From Octopus sinensis (lineage: Eukaryota): a DNA stretch of 64,000 bases. Location of the stretch: contig NC_043009.1 of the NCBI RefSeq assembly GCF_006345805.1, positions 41,106,001-41,170,000 on the forward strand, in the 5' to 3' direction. A model generated the notes under the pieces. It worked only from the letters and a program-made list of their open reading frames with translations, had not been told where the DNA came from and ran no database searches. How positions within the stretch are numbered: position 1 is the stretch's first letter; each line of letters opens with the position of its first letter. This document shows, piece after piece, positions 42,280 through 53,005 of the stretch. Position numbers and translations under genes: made by a program.

Positions 42280-42710
42280 TTATCTTTACTTATTTCAGTT
42301 GTTGGACTGAAGCCAAGCTGGGGCACAGCTTTGAAGGGTGTTGTCAAACAAATCATCCCAGTACTTATTTCTAAAGTCAGGTACTTAGTCTATCAGTCTC
42401 TTTTGCTGAACTGCTAAGTTATGGCCATGTAGAGAAAACCAACACCTGTTATCAAGCAGTGGGGCTATGAGTGACAAATATAAAACAAACATAAAAACTC
42501 ATTTATTCATTTATACATATGTACATACATGCATGCATATATACATATACATACACATATATACACGATAAACTTCTTTCAGCTTGCACCTACCAAATCC
42601 ACTCACGAGGCTTTTGTTGGCCAAGGATTATAGTAAAAGATACTTGCTCAAGGTGCCACATTGCGGGACAGAATCTGGTGCAAAAGCTCCTTAATCACAT
42701 AGCCACACCA
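42280..42710 (-). mobile_element. SINE family C, degraded copy
   Basis: tttacttatttcagttgttggactgaagcc...aaatccactcacgaggc...catagccac. Confidence 0.65.
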
Positions 42711-43309
42711 AAGAGAATGATATTTAATACTTCTCATTTAGAGGTGTCTACTTCAATCACAAAACTATGATATACACCCTCATATAAAATCGGTGTCTTC
42801 TTCAAAGGTAAACATTCCTTCCAATCTGAATACAAATATATTACTTCAATAAAACAACCTCAATCGAGGGCATAGTGCAGGCAGAACATTAGAGTATTGA
42901 AGCAGGTATCTTATTGTCTCTGCGTGTTCTGTGTTCAAATTCCACTGTCTGTATGAGCAAATATAGTGGCACACTTCAGTTGTCTTTAAGACTTTTGTTA
43001 CCATGTTTCTCTGGAAATACATTGCCTTTGTTGCAACAACTTTTGAAAAACATGAAACCTTTAGAAAATAATCTGGTATAAGTGCAAAATTATACAAATA
43101 AAATATACATTTATTATATATATATATATATATATTACAAGCTGTGTATACTGTGGTAGAGACAGAGAATGAAAGTTGCAGTTCAGGGCATGATAATTCC
43201 TTCTAAGTATATCCTTAGAATTTTTTTTTTTTCCAGAGAGCGAAAAGAGTATACATCTTACTGCATATAATTCTTTTAATATTATTCTTTATTATTATCA
43301 CAGTAGCCA

Positions 43310-43525
43310 AGGTGATGAGCTGGCAGAATTGTTAGCACACTGGGCATAATGCTTGGCAGCATTTCACCCATCTTTGCGTTCTGAGTTCAAATTCTGCCAA
43401 AGTCAACTTTGACTTTCATTCTTTCAGGTCAATAAAATAAGTACCAGTTGAATACTGGGGTCATTGTAAACAACTTACCCACTCCTGCAAAATTTCAGGC
43501 CTTGTGCTTGTAATAGAAAGGATTA
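43310..43525 (+). mobile_element. SINE family B copy
   Basis: aaggtgatgagctggcagaattgttagc...gagttcaaattctgcc. Confidence 0.8.
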
Positions 43526-44541
43526 CTATCACAGTAGCCATGTATATCTTTTCATCCTGTTTTTGAATCTTCAGCCCGACATAACTCCAGATTTCCAAAA
43601 TATTTTGTCTAAGGTCTTTTGTCAATGTCAAAACGGCATTTGGGATTAAGGTTAACATGAAATTTTTATAGAAGACTTTAATTTCTATCACTTTCAAACA
43701 GGAAGCTTAATATCACAGGATCAAGAGTAGTCTCAAGTAGGTGAGTATCAAAGGGGCTAAAACAGAAAGTTTGTATTATAGAAACGGGGGCAATTTCAGA
43801 TGGGTTTGCATCAAAAGGGTGAAGCAAGTGCTCACGTACTTCAGCTGGTCACTCTCATTGGCAACACACCAGCTCTGCTCACTCAACAAACAATTAATTA
43901 AGGTGATAAGAAAAACTAAAAAAAAACAACAACAAAACCACAGTACAGAGATCATGTGATGGTCATGCCTTTCTTGATGACATTAGCTAATAAACAAAGT
44001 GAAATGACTACAAGTGGGTACCACAAATAGGGTCACATTACAGCTTGTTAATCTCTAATCTGCAGCAATCTATCATCTCAAAACTCCCAAACAATTTCTG
44101 ATCCCTTTTTACTCTAGCTCTGCCCTTTTTCAGCCTTTTTCTCCTTTATAGTTATTACAACAATGCAGCCTTTACAGCTCACATATCCAACGCCGCACAG
44201 TTAAATACAGCATGATTTCAAACCCAACGAATCAGCGACACGTTCTATTATTTGAATAGTGCTCAAGTGAATAGTGACGGTGATGGAGTTATTAAATCTC
44301 CAAGATGAATTTCATGACTCATTGAAGACATATAGACAGAGATGAAAAGCTTATTGTGACAATGAATAGATGAAAAGAGAAGACAGGAGGGTGTCATCAA
44401 CAGAGCCAACATCTTTGATCACATTCATACACAACCAACACAACATCCCCGAGAGAAACATGTCTTCTTCTTCCATACTGTAAGTGAACATCAGAACAAT
44501 AATATAAGAAGTTTAGATATCATGCCTCTGTGTGTATGCGG

Positions 44542-44587
<46 letters not shown>

Positions 44588-44943
44588 CACACACATGTAC
44601 ATACATACACACACACATATATATATATATTTATTTATATATACACACACATATATATATACACACAAACATATAAGTGTGTATTTGTATGCTGTATACA
44701 CACCTCCACATTAACACAATCATGTGCATACACACAAATATATTTGTATATAATATACATATATGTGTGCGCGTGTGTGTGTGTATATACAATATATGCA
44801 TAGATATAATATATAGACATGTAAATATATATCATAGATCTATATATATATATATACACATAATATATATAAACATATTTAATATATATGTATATATATA
44901 TATATATATTATACACACATATAGACTGATACATATATATATA

Positions 44944-44982
<39 letters not shown>

Positions 44983-45679
44983 TATACACACATATAGACT
45001 GATATATATATATGTGTGTGTGTGTGTATATATATATATACACATACATACATTGATGCATCAAATAAATGGGTAAGCAAAAAAAACAACAAAAATCAAA
45101 AATAACAAAAAAATATGATAGACTTCCTCATGAAAAGAATAAATTTGAATAAAATTACAACAATAGCAACAACATAAACATCACATACACACACATCGCA
45201 TACATAAATACACACACACACAAGCACGCATATGTGCATGCATGTATGTATGTATGTATGTATGTATGTATGTATGTATGTATGTATGTATGTATACCTA
45301 CATGAAGATAAACTTTTACAATTCTACAAGATTCCTTATAGTTCCCAGAAAAACAACAACATCAACAATAAATGCAATAGTGGACATGAAATACATCAAA
45401 CAGAATGAAGCATAACACTAAGAGACATGAAAGCCCCCTCCCCACCCAGCCTTGGCACCACTCTTCTTCATCATCTTCTCCTTCTGTTCTATTGGGTCTG
45501 TTCTTGTTTATATATATATATACATATACACACAAATTTTTTTTACTATCATTATTCTCATCATCATTATTATTATTATTATTATTATGGTCTCTTTTCT
45601 TTGTTTCTCTTTTCTTTAAATTTACAATTTACAATGACTAGGTGGGGTAGAAAACACAAAAGCACACACACAAAAAAGA

Positions 45680-45724
<45 letters not shown>

Positions 45725-46266
45725 TACATGTGTATGTTTATATATATATATATAATATATATATATATATATGTATGTGTATATACATATACAAAAATCA
45801 AATGCAAAATTTAATATTTCTCTCTCTCTCTGGAAAATATGATGTTTCAATTTATTTCAAGAGAAAACTGTTGTTAATGCAAGGTTTTTTTTTTCTCTAT
45901 TTTTGTTTTGTCTTTTAGAAAGAAAAATGAAAAAAGAAAAAAAAAGTTGTTTTCTTTGACACACTAGAATTAATCATTCTTCACATATAAACACTATCTT
46001 CTTCCTTCGTCTTACCCCATTTCTCTCACAAACAGACACACACACACACTTCCTTACAGACACATTTATTTTGCATTTCCTAGTATATATATTTTTTTTT
46101 TCTGTGAAAGGGAAAGAACTATCTAGAAATGATACACATACACCATAAACACACAGTTCATTGGAAAGAAAATACCATCACCCTCACCCTACCACCGAAA
46201 TTAAAAATTAAAATAACAAAAATAAAACGAATTCAAAATAAGCAAATAAATACAATAGTCACTTAC

Positions 46267-46467
46267 CTCAACAGCATAGTGTAGTGCCTTAGCTGCGGGA
46301 TGAATTAGGAGGTTGTGAAATGGTGAGATTTGGGGTTTTCCCCAACCGCCTTCTGCCGACCATTCAATTTCAAGCATGTGGTCAGTGAAAAACCTGCCAA
46401 AGACCAGCTCATTTGAAGCGGGCTTTGGTTGAGGATTTTTGGATTTCTGAACAATGGCCTGTGCCGC
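46267..46467 (-). CDS. BCAT: Internal coding exon of branched-chain amino acid aminotransferase (equivalent to human BCAT1 exon 3)
   Basis: 201 nt, 67 codons: AAQAIVQKSKNPQPKPASNELVFGRFFTDHMLEIEWSAEGGWGKPQISPFHNLLIHPAAKALHYAVE; gap-free alignment to human AKDLIV...[47 protein letters not shown] (recalled); polypyrimidine tract plus AG acceptor (46468-46469) and GAG|GTAAGT donor (46266-46261). Absent from the ORF track. Confidence 0.96.
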
Positions 46468-46741
46468 CTATATTAGGAAGGAAAATAAAAACAAAAAAAA
46501 GAGAGAGATGAAAGAAAAATGAAATGGTTGAGTGACTTTTATAAATTTATGACTTTGCTTATATTTACAACACAAGTGTGAAAAAAAAAACATCAATGTC
46601 ATTTTTGTATTTGGTTTGCAAGATTCTTGGTGTGAACTTGTGTGTTGAAACATATTTTACTGCATCTAGGGAGGGTCATTATACCAATAATAATAAACAC
46701 ATGCACTGGTTCTATTTCATTTCTTTATTATTTATTTGCCA

Positions 46742-46940
46742 ATTAAGGTACTGATATAGCAGACTCATTAGCATGCCAAGTAAAATGGTTAGCATCATTT
46801 CGTCCGTCACTATGTTCTGAGTTCAAATTCCGCTAAATTCAACATTTCCTTTCATCCTTTTCGGGGTACCAGTTGAGCTATGGTGTTAACAGAATCGACT
46901 TATCAGCTCCCCCGAAATAGCTGCCCTTGCACCAAAATTT
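46742..46940 (+). mobile_element. SINE family B, degraded copy about 0.3 kb upstream of the BCAT exon acceptor
   Basis: catcatttcgtccgtcactatgttctgagttcaaattccgct. Confidence 0.65.
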
Positions 46941-47812
46941 TGAGATGATTATTTATTTGTCAATTAGTTAGCTAATTAACTAATTGATTGTTTGATTAAT
47001 CATCTGATTGAGCAATAAATCAGTCAGGTTTGCAAAAGTCTGACTGATTAATCAAAGAATCAATTAGCTAAATTTCTTAAAAGGTTAACCAACTTACAAA
47101 TAAAAATAAGGAAGTGAAACAAAACCACAGTGTGTATTTATTATTCATATAATGACCCTCTTAAGATACAATAAAATCATCTAGAAATATGTGTATGAAT
47201 GATGTACATTGAAATTCACCTATAAATAAGAGTTTATAATACATTGGGCTTTGAAAGATAAAGGATAAAAAAAAGAGAAGGAAAGTTAGTTGTAGGGTCT
47301 TACTACCTTTGTTTCAACCAAAGTACTTTTAACCAAACGTACACGGTATGCTGTTTCTTCTAGTTAGATTGAGTTTTCGAGATATTGATTTTGGAAGACT
47401 TACACTTTGCTCTTTTACTTGTTTCTATCATTGGATAACAGCTTTGCTGGAGCACCACCTTATTCTATTGGTTGCTTATGCCAAACTGCTAACAAGGACA
47501 AAAACAAATTGACACCATTTGTGAAGCAGTGGGGGTGGGGAACAGACACTCAAGCACATACATACATGACAAATATTGTTCAGCTTTCATAACCAAATTC
47601 ACTTATGAGGTAGATTCTAGAAATTTTAAGACATTTTTTTTAGGAGAGGTACTTATAACTTTTCTAGATTATTGTAATTTTAGCATATCACTACAATACA
47701 TCTAATAAGCCGATCACCAACTTTTGTTATTCCAGATTGAAAGGGAAAGCTGTAAAAGCACTTTGAACACATTCTACGAAATATTGCTTGCCACAGCTGG
47801 CTATTAGGCAGA

Positions 47813-48410
47813 ATACAGTCAGGACGTGAAGACAATTTGGATACTCACTACGCAATTAGGTTTTGTGTTAAATTGAGAATATTTGCTACAGAGAATTATA
47901 AAATGCTCCAGCCTGCCTATGGATTAACTGGTATGAGCTAAGCATCTGTTTTTCACAGGCACAAGTGGCCAGGCAAAGCAAGTCTACCCAGAGGCCCATC
48001 AAGATCCTCTTTTTTAAGAGCAAGTACACCATCTACATCTTCTGACCGGTCATTCAACAATGAATACTTTGAAGAGGTTTTGATGGAGTTCAGGAAGAGA
48101 TTTCATATAAAAAAAACTCAAAGCACCTGCACCCAGAGAATGTGCCTGTCCACTAATCCATCCTGATAGCCTACTATGTGACAGAGAAGGGCATCAAAAC
48201 TGTCCCTCACCCTCCCTACACTCCAAACTTTGTTCCCTTTGACTTTTGGTTGTTCTCAAAGCTGAAGAACCTCAGGGACAGTCCTTTTGAAGATGGAGGA
48301 GGATGTGACAAGGGTACTGGATACTTTCACTTAGGAGGACTTCCATGGGGACTTCACAAAGTAGTTGGAGTATTTCAACTAGTGCACTGAAGTCAGATCT
48401 TACACTGAAG
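47813..48410 (+). mobile_element. Internally deleted mariner transposase remnant
   Basis: N-terminal IQSGREDNLDTHYAIRFCVKL...ASVFHRHKW (HTH region) joined to C-terminal GIKTVPHPPYTPNFVPFDFWLFSKLK (decayed YSPDL motif); stops and frameshifts present. Confidence 0.85.
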
Positions 48411-48414
48411 GAGA

Positions 48415-48760
48415 TTGTCTAGGGTTCAGTCCCATTGCATGGCATCTAGGGCAAGTGTCTTCTACTGTAGCTCTAGGCCAACCAAAACCTCGTGAGAGGA
48501 TTTGGTGGTAGAGAGAGATCGAAAGAAGATGGTTGTATACACACACATGTATGTGTGTGTGTCTTTGTGTTTGTCAACCCCACCCACTTGACAGTGTTGG
48601 TTTGTTTGTGTCCCAATATGTTAGCAGTAGGCAAAGGAAACCATAAGAGTTAGTAAGCAGGCTTAAAAATACTGGGGTTGATTTGTTCCAATAGACCCTT
48701 CAAAGAAGAGCCCTTTATAAGGCTGTAGTCCACTGACAGAAACAAGTAACAGATAAATGG
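48415..48760 (+). mobile_element. SINE family C, degraded copy
   Basis: gggttcagtcccattgcatggcatctagggcaagtgtcttctactgtagc...gacagaaacaagtaa. Confidence 0.7.
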
Positions 48761-49570
48761 AAACATGTTTATTGGTAGCATTAATTTTTTTATTCTTTTT
48801 CTTTCATTTTTTTCTTTTGGCAACATATTTAGATTTCAAGAAGAATTACAAAGTGATAATAAGTACCAAACATTAAAAGATTGCAGTTTATTTAGTAAAC
48901 CTGGAATATTGATTTCAAATTTTGGCAGAAGGCCAGCAATTTTTTTTTGGGGGGGAGACCAAGTCAATTACATCAGCCCCAGTGCAAAACAGGAACTTAT
49001 TTTATTGACCCCGAAAGGATGTAAAACAAAGTCAATCTAAGCAGAATTTTAACATAGAACATGCAGGTAGGCAAGATGATGCAAAGCATTTTGCCTGGTG
49101 TACTAACGATCTAGACCAGCTTGGTGCCTTGAAGTAAACCTGAAAAATTAAACAATATACACACTGAGTATGGAGGTGAAGGCAAGATGTATGATTTCTG
49201 GAGGCCCTTCAAGACCAGCGAGATCAATGCTATTAATATTTCATTTAAACTGTTCAAAATCAACACCTGCAGGAAAAATATGAAAAGGGAAGAGGTTCCA
49301 AGGGGATAACGTACTTGGGGGAATGGACTGAGTATAATGGTTAGTGTGAGGTTTATTAAGGGAAGGGGAGGATTTAACACAATAAAAGGGATGACAGGAA
49401 AAATGACAAATGAATCATGAGTGCTTGAGTAGAGGCAGTGCAAGTATATATTTTGATAAAAGTATTTGACCGACTGGTGAAATACATCAAGCCAAAGAAG
49501 GAACTTCTAGGTTAACCTTTAGCATACTGATTTGTTCCTAGAACAGTTTCCCATACCACTGCATTATTCT

Positions 49571-49760
49571 TAATTTTTACTGCCCACAAGGTGCTACACA
49601 CAGAGGGGACAAACAAGGACAGACAAATGGATTAAGGATGAAAGGCAAAGTCGACCTCGGCGGAATTTGAACTCAGAGCGTAGCAGCAGACGAAATACCG
49701 CTAAGCATTTTGCCCAGCGTGCTAACGTTTCTGCCAGCTCGCCGCCTTCACTATTCTTCG
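49571..49760 (-). mobile_element. SINE family B with internal deletion, 12 extra 5' nt and 15-bp TSD
   Basis: TSD ccactgcattattct at 49556-49570 and 49761-49775. Confidence 0.9.
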
Positions 49761-49829
49761 CCACTGCATTATTCTAGGAGGAACAAAAGAGGTGAGCACC
49801 TACTCTTTTAAAATAATTATAACTTTCAC

Positions 49830-50151
49830 TGTATTGATTCTTTTTGTATACTAATAAAAGACTGGATGAATTAATATTTTCACGTAGTGCATTAAAAAAC
49901 AGATGAATGAGTTGCCTCACAGAAATGTACTCCCTTGGGGCCAGTACATTCCTTAAATCAACCAGCCATGGATGATAGTATCAACTCAGTACTTTGTTCA
50001 CAATATAACTGTAGGCACAGTCTACATCCTCATCATCACCTCACATAATTTCAGCATCAATATCTGCCTGAGTAAATCCTTCAAAATCGTCATCTGAGTC
50101 AGAATCAAACAAGATTTTTTTCCAGAAAAGGTTCAAAAGAGGAGCAGCCAT
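49830..50151 (-). mobile_element. Possible piggyBac-like transposase N-terminal remnant
   Basis: aaaaATG start; MAAPLLNLFWKKILFDSDSDDDFEGFTQADIDAEIM*GDDEDVD... then ...HPW...HLFFNALRENI...NQY; acidic FDSDSDDDFEGF motif recalled from piggyBac/pogo-type transposases; in-frame stops. Confidence 0.45.
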
Positions 50152-50985
50152 TTTTGTTTCACAAAAAAATCAAAGCAACAAAGTTCAATTTCAAAGTTTG
50201 TCTACCTCGTGGTTAGTATATAGACAATGAAAATAGTGTCTGAATTGAAAGTAGCCAGTTTACAGCTTAAAGTACTGGAAAGAAACTTAGTGCTGTGTTT
50301 ATTTTAAACATCTATTGCAAGGCGACAAAATGCGTCTGCAGCTATACGGGAGAAAACTCATGGGTGACAAACTGTGACAGTAGCTTGGAGAAAGTTAATG
50401 GTTGACTTCCAAACAATTGCTAACTACGATTTAGACTGTACCCTACTGTCTTAAAAAGTAAAATGGACACACAAAAGGCAACGGTTTTGACAAGAGGGCC
50501 AAAGCAATTACATCGAACCTTGATTGGAATTTATTTTACTGGACTCCAAAATGACAAAACACAAAATCCACCTTGGTGGAATTTGAGCTTAGAAAGGGCC
50601 TAAAGAAATACTGCAAAGCATTTTGTCCACTGTGGCGATAATTCTATCAGATTGCTGCCCTCGATGCATTGAATATTGTAACCTAAGACGTGCTATGCCT
50701 GAATAAGAAAGAACAACTTTGATGATAGCTTTGCTAATTTGATGTTGGGAATACTAACGATGGCAACAACTACAATAATCTAAGGAGGAAGTTTCTAATT
50801 GGCAGCTTCATAAGTTAGAATTAACAGCAAAATCAGTGTCAAATCACACTGCGTTGTCTTAATTCTTTCTACTACTAGGCACAACCCCAAAACCTTTATG
50901 GAGAGGGGCTAAGTCATTTAACCCCTTGCAGACAGATTTAGTACGGACAGTCTGTGCTGTGCACCCAGTATTAGGCCATTCAGTA

Positions 50986-51048
50986 TTTTTTTATTCTTTT
51001 ATTTGTTTCAGTCATTTGACCACGGCCATGCTGGAGCACCGCCTTTAG
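50986..51048 (-). mobile_element. 3' tail fragment of SINE family C, directly downstream of the 5S sequence
   Basis: Minus strand ctaaaggcggtgctccagcatggccgtggtcaaatgactgaaacaaataaaagaataaaaaa. Confidence 0.85.
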
Positions 51049-51056
51049 ATAGAAAG

Positions 51057-51176
51057 ATCTTTACAGCACCTAGGTTTCCCAAGCGGTCACCCATCTAAGT
51101 ACTAACTAGGCTCGCCTTTGCTTAACTTCGGTGATCGGAAGAGAACTGGTGTTTCCAAAGTGATATGGCCGTAAAC
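51057..51176 (-). rRNA. 5S rRNA: Full-length 5S rRNA sequence, probably a pseudogene or variant copy
   Basis: GTTTACGGCCATATCACTTTGGAAACACCAGTTCTCTTCCGATCACCGAAGTTAAGCAAAGGCGAGCCTAGTTAGTACTTAGATGGGTGACCGCTTGGGAAACCTAGGTGCTGTAAAGAT; colinear with metazoan 5S without indels; compensatory pairs in helices I, II and V; apparent private changes at positions 30, 37, 62, 81 and 118; no T4 run directly after. Confidence 0.93.
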
Positions 51177-51525
51177 ATAACTACATAAATTTTCATACAG
51201 GAAATTTGACAGGGTATTTACAGATTCTTCTCAGTATGGTACATTTGAAAACATGGTACCACACAGAGTGAGACATAGCACTGCTCACACACACACACAC
51301 ACAATGTTTCGATGCAGTCAGTACTGCTTCCTGTCTGCAAGGAGTTAAATCAACCCCAGTGATCAACTAGAACTTATTTTATCAAGGATGAAAAGGCAAA
51401 GTCGACCTTAATGTAGTTTGAAATCAAAACGTAAAGCAGGAAGAAATGCTGCTAAACATTTTCCCCAATGCTTCTGTCAACTCAGTACCTTACTGTACAG
51501 TCTTAATAAAAGAAAACCACATTAA

Positions 51526-51763
51526 CCCTTTAGCACTCGGATTATTCTCTCGAATGTAATGCATTTTGATTCACATTGTTTTGTGGCGCCGGAGTGGCTG
51601 TGTGGTAAGTAGTTTGCTTACCAACCACATGGTTCTGGATTCAGTCCCACTGCGTGGCACCCTGGGCAAGTGTCTTCCACTATAGCCTCGGGCCGACCAG
51701 AGCCTTGTGAGTGGATTTGGTAGACGGAAACTGAAAGAAGCCCATCGTATATATGTATATATA

Positions 51764-51800
<37 letters not shown>

Positions 51801-52157
51801 TTTTGTATGTCTGTTTGCCCTGCCCACACCCCCACCCGAACATCACTTGACAACCAATGCTTGTGTGTTTACATCCATGTAACTTAGCGGTTCGGCAAAA
51901 GAGACCGATAGAATAAGTACTAGGCTTACAAAGATTAAGTCCTGGGTTCGATTTGCTCGACTAAAGCGAGGCTCCAGCATGGCCGCAGTCAAATGATTGA
52001 AACAAGTAAAAGAGTAAAGAGATTATCTCATCGCTTCGAGATTTTGATGATGTGATCCTTTATTTTTAGAATGACAGGGTAGGTGTGAGAGGCCAGATCT
52101 GACCAGTTTGAACTTAAGACAGGTAGAAGATTTGGGGCCGGATTAAATGCTAATAAT
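51526..52157. mobile_element. piggyBac-like MITE (same family as 8613-8830) split by a SINE C insertion
   Basis: TTAA-ccctttagca start; MITE sequence resumes at 52021 and aligns with 8690-8830. Confidence 0.75.
51585..52020 (+). mobile_element. Full-length SINE family C (tRNA head, CORE-like block, internal microsatellite)
   Basis: ggcgccggagtggctgtgtggtaag (A box-like), ggattcagtccc (B box-like), gcaccctgggcaagtgtctt (CORE-like), tail gaaacaagtaaaagagtaaaga. Confidence 0.9.
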
Positions 52158-52969
52158 GTAACTCTAAATACATTATCATTCCATGTAACATAGGCTTCAA
52201 TAACCACAAGCATCTTCCATTTGTTACATTTTCAACTAAAAGTCTGCAAGCCACAGCTTTAGCTGCAGACACAACTTGTTTGCACCTGAGCTGACAAGAG
52301 CAAAGTCAAAGAAGGTATCTTGCTCAAGTGCACAGCAACACACTGCCTGGGATGGAATTCGGCATCACAACCTTACAATCATGTGACCAATTGCCTTAAC
52401 ACTCACCATGTACCTTCCGAAAGGCACACACCCTATTCCTGAAGAACAAAAAAAAAAAATTGTGTTGGTATTTACCAAAAGGTTTTCATTACAAGTTGTT
52501 ACTAAATCACCTTTGACCTTGGACTAAAAAAACAACAACAGATATAAACAGATTGAACACAAAATTGTAATTATGAACAGGACATAAAAAAATTTATAGC
52601 ATTCTAGCTGTGCGATGACTTTGTCAATACACTGTATAAACATATATATTAATGTCTGTTTTTGTCCCTTTTCTCTATTATTCCCAGTCAGTTACTCATA
52701 TTTTTTATTGCACCCTTGTGAAAAACCAGTCATTGATCTTTGTTGTATTGTACTTTGTAGGGCAGTAACTACAGCACCTCCAGTCAAAAGGTCTCCAGCT
52801 GTAAAACCTCTGCAGACATGCAGCACATCTACATGCACAAACACACACATACATACATAAATACATGTGTATATATATATATATATATATAATATATATA
52901 TATATATGTCTATGTATGTAGGTATGTATGTAGGTATGTGTATAGATACATATACACACACACATGCAC

Positions 52970-53005
<36 letters not shown>

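Larger units (their letters stand above)
50922..51344. mobile_element. piggyBac-like MITE (423 bp) containing a 5S rRNA sequence, inserted in a family B SINE
   Basis: TTAA at 50918-50921 and 51345-51348; 14-bp TIRs CCCCTTGCAGACAG / CTGTCTGCAAGGAG (13 of 14 match); flanks rejoin to the SINE B sequence ggggctaagtca-TTAA-atcaaccccagt. Confidence 0.88.

Noticed and set aside
42760-42830. Minus-strand acceptor followed by LEGMFTFEE, resembling the start of BCAT exon 4 (LFEGMKA)
   Set aside because: Similarity ends after four residues and the frame stops within 15 codons.
49066-49100. miR-31-like seed aggcaagatg
   Set aside because: Lies inside a degraded SINE B and has no matching precursor hairpin.
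50040-50151. MAAPLLNLFWKK as a BCAT mitochondrial transit-peptide exon
   Set aside because: The frame continues into an acidic DSDSDDDFEGF tract and a stop, which fits a transposase remnant better than a basic transit peptide.
51585-51660. tRNA genes at SINE heads (also at about 24370-24439 and 40720-40793)
   Set aside because: A and B boxes are present but there is no full cloverleaf, and each continues into a SINE body.
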